DNA of 64,000 nucleotides from Planctomycetota bacterium (GTDB lineage Bacteria; Planctomycetota; UBA1135; UBA2386): NCBI GenBank assembly GCA_031423015.1, contig JANPER010000150.1, positions 3,330 to 67,329 of the forward strand, read 5' to 3'. Shown piece by piece: positions 59,677 to 64,000 of this stretch (position 1 is its first letter; each line of letters starts with the position of its first letter). The notes under the pieces were generated by a model. It saw only the letters and a program-made list of their open reading frames with translations, ran no database searches and was not told where the DNA came from. The position numbers and the translations under genes were made by a program.

Positions 59677-60671
59677 TGCGCGGATTGTGGTGTCTCCTCG
59701 CCGGCGGCGCGGCGGGGTGCGTCGTCGCGCCTTTCGACCCCTTCCCGGCGGCTCAGCGTGCCGCGCAGGCAGGTGATCTGTTGCGCGCCATCGCCTACTT
59801 GGATCAAGTGCCGGTGGCGCACTGGCGTCACGCCGCGGCGCGGGAACTCGCAGCGATCGTCGAATCGCGGATCAGTGACAGTCACTGCTGCATCGTCGAG
59901 GGCTTGCAATGGCGGGCGAAGGGTGATGAGCAGGCTGCAATGATGGCATTTGCTCGGGCGCGCGAGCTGTGGCCGTCGGTGATTGGTGTTTCAGAACTGC
60001 TCGTGTCAGGGCTTGATGGTTCCGCCCTGCGACCGCCAGCGCCATCTGTCCCTCCTGGGCCCGAAGGCGACTTGTCGGTCGCGCCGTCAGGGCAAACGGC
60101 GGGCGCCGCCCCATTGCCGCTCGAGCCGGAGCCGCTCTCCCCAGAACTTGTGTCGACTCCGCCGGTGCCGCCGCGCGTGCCAAGTCCCCCGGCGGTCCTA
60201 GCCGAAAGGACGCCGCCGATCGACCTCTCGCGCATGGCCACCGACCCAGTTGTGGGCCAGCCGTTATCGGTGGATCCCGGCGTTCCGCAATCAGCGTCGC
60301 GGCCGCTCGGGCGCGAACGTGGGCGAGCGGCATACGCTGAGAATCGTGCGGCGGTGGCCACGCCCGACATGCCCGCGCTGCGGGCGTTGATCCAAGGCCG
60401 CGATCAGGCGCGCGCGGCGGCCCAGTTGGCGGCAGCTCACACCGACCACCCAGAGAATCTCGAGATCCGGGTCATGCTTGCGAACCTGTTGCGCAAGCGG
60501 GCGCTCGTGGCCTACGGTCGTGGCTGGCTCGAGGCCGCGGTAGAAGACTGGGAGCGCGTCGTCGACCTCACGCCAGACGATCGGGCGCCCCAGGATGAAC
60601 TCGGTACGGCGCGCGCGGAACTCGCTCGGCGCTTGCGCGCCGACACCACGAAGAAAAATGCCGGAGGGTAA
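59676..60671 (+). CDS. Putative lipoprotein with Pro-rich linker and TPR-like helical C-terminus
   Basis: The ATG overlaps the HD-GYP stop (TGATG). The lipobox-like segment is LLAGGAAGC. The middle is proline-rich. The C-terminal helical repeats include WLEAAVEDWERVVDLTPDD. Confidence 0.5.
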   Translation: MRGLWCLLAGGAAGCVVAPFDPFPAAQRAAQAGDLLRAIAYLDQVPVAHWRHAAARELAAIVESRISDSHCCIVEGLQWRAKGDEQAAMMAFARARELWPSVIGVSELLVSGLDGSALRPPAPSVPPGPEGDLSVAPSGQTAGAAPLPLEPEPLSPELVSTPPVPPRVPSPPAVLAERTPPIDLSRMATDPVVGQPLSVDPGVPQSASRPLGRERGRAAYAENRAAVATPDMPALRALIQGRDQARAAAQLAAAHTDHPENLEIRVMLANLLRKRALVAYGRGWLEAAVEDWERVVDLTPDDRAPQDELGTARAELARRLRADTTKKNAGG

Positions 60672-61116
60672 ACTTCGGGAAAAGGGGAAGAAGGAGAGTC
60701 AAGTTTTTGCGTCCATGGCGGACAACCCCCGGCACGTGTTCTCCGGCCGAGTCTCCCCGCTTGCGCGACAAGAACCCGGCTAATACTGCTGCTGCTTGGG
60801 TGAGCCCCATTCAGTTCGAAGGAAGTTACGCCGTAGTTTCAGGCAAGTCAAGGATTCACCTTGCATCAAAACTTGCTCAGGGCGGATTTCTTGACCTCAG
60901 GTTGTCTCGATTCCGAGACGCGTCGACCGTGGGTCGAATCTTGCCGTGTCGAGCGATCGCCCTGCCGCGGCCACCCGATGGGAGTGCGGCCCCGCCAGCA
61001 GCCATGCGAATCAGACGGGCCGCAGATTTCGCGCACCATGCCAGGAGTCGTGGCACTTGCAGCCCAATGTTCTGTGTCGGTGCCCTCTCGGTGCTAGCTA
61101 GAATCCGCGACCTCGC

Positions 61117-61731
61117 ATGCTGCTGGCGCTCGCCTGTCTGGCCGCCTACCTGCTCGGTGGTATCCCCTTTGGCCTCATCCTGGCTCGACTCGTGGCAGGG
61201 GTGGACATCCGCCTGGTTGGCTCAGGAAACATCGGCGCCACCAACGCTGCGCGGGCCTTCGACAGCAAGGCCAAGCGCCTGGCCGCCTTCGCCGTCATCT
61301 ACCTCCTGGACTTTGGGAAGGGGTTCTTGCCCACGTTCCTTCTGCCACCCCTCATCCACGGGGCGGCAGCTAGCGCGGCGGTGGCGGTTGGTTGTTGCGC
61401 CGTGCTGGGGCACTGCTTCAGTCCCTACTTGCGGTTGCGCGGGGGCAAGGGCGTGGCGACCGGTTGTGGCGTGTTCGCGGCGATCGAACCCTGGGCGCTC
61501 CTCGTCGCGCTCGTCGCGTTCGGCTGTGCCTACGCGCTCACCCGCAAAGTTTTCGTCGGCAGTCTCACGCTCGGGATCGCGTTGGCGATCGCCGTCGTAG
61601 TGCGCGATCCTGCGACGGCCTTCGGGGCGCGCGCTAGCGTGACGTGGTCGGCGTTGGCGGTGGCCGGCTTCTTCTTCTTCACGCACCGATCCAACCTGCG
61701 CCAGAGCTTGGCGAAGAGCACCTCGTCGTGA
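61117..61731 (+). CDS. plsY: Glycerol-3-phosphate acyltransferase PlsY
   Basis: The N-terminal signature is YLLGGIPFGLILARLVAGVDIRLVGSGNIGATNAARA, followed later by GGKGVATG. A TAGAAT hexamer lies 13 nt upstream of the ATG. Confidence 0.9.
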   Translation: MLLALACLAAYLLGGIPFGLILARLVAGVDIRLVGSGNIGATNAARAFDSKAKRLAAFAVIYLLDFGKGFLPTFLLPPLIHGAAASAAVAVGCCAVLGHCFSPYLRLRGGKGVATGCGVFAAIEPWALLVALVAFGCAYALTRKVFVGSLTLGIALAIAVVVRDPATAFGARASVTWSALAVAGFFFFTHRSNLRQSLAKSTSS

Positions 61732-62723
61732 ACGTGACCATCCTTGGCAATGGTGGATTCGGAACCGCGCTCGCGATCGTGTTGCAGCGCGCGGGACACC
61801 ATGTGCGTCTGTGGGGACACGATGCTCAGTACACGGCGACGATCGCGCAGACCCGACGGAACCCGCGCTACCTCACCGAGGCGGATCTGGCCGCCGAAAT
61901 CGTCGTCACGGCCGACGCCTCCGTCGCCCTCGCTGGTGCCGAGGTGGTCTTGGTGGCCGTACCGACGCAGCACGTGCGCGCCACCGTGACCGGCATGCTT
62001 GCGGTCCTTGCTGCCGACGTGCCCATGGTGTCGCTGAGCAAGGGGCTCGAGCAGGCCAGCGGCAAGCGGCCATCGCAGGTCCTTGCCGAACTCACGGCTG
62101 GCCGAACGCCGATCTTGGTGCTGTCGGGTCCGAGCCACGCCGAAGAACTCGCGTTCGGCCTACCTGCCACCGTGGTGCTCGCTGGCGCTGACGCCGATCG
62201 CGTCGAGGAGCTGCAGGCGGCGCTGTCCAGCCCCGCCCTGCGCATCTATCGCAACACCGACGTGCTCGGCGTCGAACTCTGCGGGGCGCTCAAGAACGTC
62301 ATGGCGCTGGCCGCCGGCATCGCCGATGGCCTGGGCTTCGGTGACAATGCCAAGGCGGCGGTGCTCGCGCGCGGCGTCGTCGAGATGGCGCGCTACGGCG
62401 TGGCCGAGGGCGCTCGGCGTGCGACGTTCTACGGTCTGGCTGGCATCGGCGACCTCGCCGTCACAGCGTTCAGTCGGCATGGCCGCAACCGGGCATTTGG
62501 TGAACGGATCGGCCGCGGCGAGTCGATGGCGGCCATCTTGGCCTCCTCGCCCAAGGTCGTCGAGGGAGTGTGGACCGCGCGCGCTGTGCGGCAGCGAAGC
62601 AGCGAACTCGACATCGAGATGCCGCTGTCCGAGGCCGTATGCAGCGTGCTCTACGATGGCGTCGCCCCCCGCGCGGCGGTGATGGCTTTGATGGCGCGCG
62701 ACCACAAGGAGGAGGCGCTGTGA
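61728..62723 (+). CDS. gpsA: NAD(P)H-dependent glycerol-3-phosphate dehydrogenase
   Basis: The GTG at 61728 overlaps the plsY stop (GTGA). The Rossmann motif is VTILGNGGFGTALA. Also present are LSKGLE, GPSHAEE and GALKNVMALAAG. Confidence 0.9.
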   Translation: MNVTILGNGGFGTALAIVLQRAGHHVRLWGHDAQYTATIAQTRRNPRYLTEADLAAEIVVTADASVALAGAEVVLVAVPTQHVRATVTGMLAVLAADVPMVSLSKGLEQASGKRPSQVLAELTAGRTPILVLSGPSHAEELAFGLPATVVLAGADADRVEELQAALSSPALRIYRNTDVLGVELCGALKNVMALAAGIADGLGFGDNAKAAVLARGVVEMARYGVAEGARRATFYGLAGIGDLAVTAFSRHGRNRAFGERIGRGESMAAILASSPKVVEGVWTARAVRQRSSELDIEMPLSEAVCSVLYDGVAPRAAVMALMARDHKEEAL

Positions 62724-62724
62724 C

Positions 62725-64000
62725 GTGCACGACGTCAGCGTAGGCGCGCCGCGCGCGTTGCCGTGGCGAGACACCTTGGCCGTCGCACTGGCGAGCCTGG
62801 GCCTCTACCTGTTGCTGGCGCAGGACGCTCTCCATGGTCTTGACGTGCATGTGCACGTCTTCTTTCTGACCCAGGGCCATCTCGAGCATCCGTTGCACTT
62901 GCTGTACCTGCGGATCGTTGGCTTGATCTGGCCGGCATTGGCCGCGCTCGGCCTCAAACCCATCGAGGCGCTTCGGCTCATGTCGGCGTTGGGCACCGTC
63001 GTCGGTGTCTTGTGCATTCACCGCGCCGCCGCCGAGCTGCAGTTGTCGCGTGGCCACGCGGCCTTGGTAGCAACGATGAGCGCGGTCGTGCCGGCGACCG
63101 TGTTCTTCGCGACCGTCGCCGAGATCCATGGTGTGTTCGCGGCGTTTGCTGGAGCAGGTTGGTGGGTATGGGCGAGGTTTGTGCGCGCGATGGACCGAGC
63201 TGCGGTCTCAGGCTCCACGGCAAGCGTCGACACACAGATTGCGCCGTTGCGATCGCAGATCACGTGGAGTCTATGGCTAGGCATTGCCACGGGCGTGGCG
63301 GCCAGCGTGCATGCCACCGGCCACGCCCTGGTGGTGTTGTTCGGGGCCTGCGCACTAGCCGTCGGCGGCTGGCGATCGGCGTCGCGGTGGCGTGGGCTGG
63401 TGATCGCCGCCCTGGCGCACGTGGGGGTCACGACCGTGCTAGCCTGGATTCAGCCCGGGCGCGGGCGAGCGCCGTTCGCCGATCAGGTCGCGTTCCTCTT
63501 CGAATTTGACAGCGACGGTCACTCGCTCAGCAGTGTTTGGCGGGTTGTTCGCGACGAATGGCTGATTGCGTTCATGCCGTTGGCGGTCACGAGCCTGGTC
63601 GCGATCTGTCGTCGCCAGACGCGTGCGCTCGGCGTCGCGGTCCTCGCCTGCGTCTGCGTGTATCTCGGGTTTGCCTTCGCGTTGCTCGACGACATCAACG
63701 AACGCGGCGCCTACTTGCTGCCGCTCGCTTTTCCGCTGGCGTGGCTGACGTTGCAGGCTTGCGGGGCGCGAATTGCTGCCCTCGCCGGTCTCATCGCTCT
63801 GGTGACGGCGTTCGCGGAGGTGCGCGCCCATGATCACACGACGCCCGCAGCATGGCTGCCCGGCCTGGTCGCTCTTTCGCATGAGTCTCCAGTGGCGTTG
63901 ATTTGCCGCGACGTCGGTGAGCAAGAGCCGATCACGCGGTCGCTCCCCGACATTCCTGTGTTGCGCGTCGATTCTTTGCTCGCGAGCGCTGACGTGGGCG
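62725..64000 (+). CDS. Polytopic membrane protein, 3' end outside the window (not in the supplied ORF track)
   Basis: My own translation from the GTG at 62725 (2 nt after the gpsA stop) is open to nt 64000 with no stop. It starts VHDVSVGAPRALPWRDTLAVALASLGLYLLLAQD... and has at least 8 hydrophobic segments. It looks vaguely GT-C/ArnT-like, but no family motif is confirmed. Confidence 0.55.
   Translation, partial: MHDVSVGAPRALPWRDTLAVALASLGLYLLLAQDALHGLDVHVHVFFLTQGHLEHPLHLLYLRIVGLIWPALAALGLKPIEALRLMSALGTVVGVLCIHRAAAELQLSRGHAALVATMSAVVPATVFFATVAEIHGVFAAFAGAGWWVWARFVRAMDRAAVSGSTASVDTQIAPLRSQITWSLWLGIATGVAASVHATGHALVVLFGACALAVGGWRSASRWRGLVIAALAHVGVTTVLAWIQPGRGRAPFADQVAFLFEFDSDGHSLSSVWRVVRDEWLIAFMPLAVTSLVAICRRQTRALGVAVLACVCVYLGFAFALLDDINERGAYLLPLAFPLAWLTLQACGARIAALAGLIALVTAFAEVRAHDHTTPAAWLPGLVALSHESPVALICRDVGEQEPITRSLPDIPVLRVDSLLASADVG

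Noticed and set aside
60800-60850. SRP (4.5S) RNA-like GAAGGAAG motif in cagttcgaaggaagttacgcc
   Set aside because: There is only superficial resemblance to the helix 8 sequence CAGGUCCGGAAGGAAGCAGCC. The conserved AGCA loop and a GNRA tetraloop are missing, and no extended complementary 5'/3' stem is visible.

Overview
This is a very GC-rich bacterial chromosomal segment with about 50 tightly packed genes, many joined by 4-nt start/stop overlaps. I saw no rRNA, CRISPR array, transposase or integrase. All calls come from reading the ORF translations and the DNA by eye; no searches were run.

Gene content in order:
- a 5'-truncated SNF2 helicase
- a RES/Xre toxin-antitoxin pair
- an HhH-GPD glycosylase
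- a GH2 glycosidase coupled to a PhoD-like phosphatase
- a DUF2203 gene
- a thiolase
- a secreted CotH/lamin-tail protein
- a 450-nt chain of hairpins
- an hbd / acyl-CoA dehydrogenase / sppA / acyl-CoA dehydrogenase operon
- two tandem PilT-type ATPases, the first with an MshEN-like N-terminus
- an Fe-SOD
- a small cytochrome c convergent with a PuuD-N-like membrane protein
- a compact NRPS-PKS cluster (alpha/beta hydrolase, F-deltaC-A(LLM)-PCP, KS-AT-KR-DH-CP-TE, PPTase)
- Uma2 and LysR genes
- a block of secreted proteins (beta-propeller, unknown protein, sulfatase, S8 peptidase)
- a methyltransferase plus a PIG-L deacetylase
- a P5C dehydrogenase
- a Ppx/GppA gene coupled to a secreted coiled-coil protein
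- a DHH phosphoesterase
- tRNA-Gly(GCC)
- a LOG-family protein
- TIM-barrel proteins
- a MacB-type ABC system with a His-rich permease and DUF3299
- an HD-GYP phosphodiesterase
- plsY-gpsA
- a 3'-open membrane protein that is missing from the ORF track

Most interesting observations:
- the orphan NRPS-PKS cluster, with its formyltransferase plus monooxygenase-interrupted loading module and its unusual PKS domain order
- a C-terminal module of about 80-110 aa shared by five otherwise unrelated secreted proteins
- the MshEN-like extension on a PilT-type ATPase
- the chain of eight abutting hairpins at 12.5-13.0 kb

Taxon cannot be assigned from the sequence. The gene content is reminiscent of Myxococcota or Planctomycetota-like genomes.
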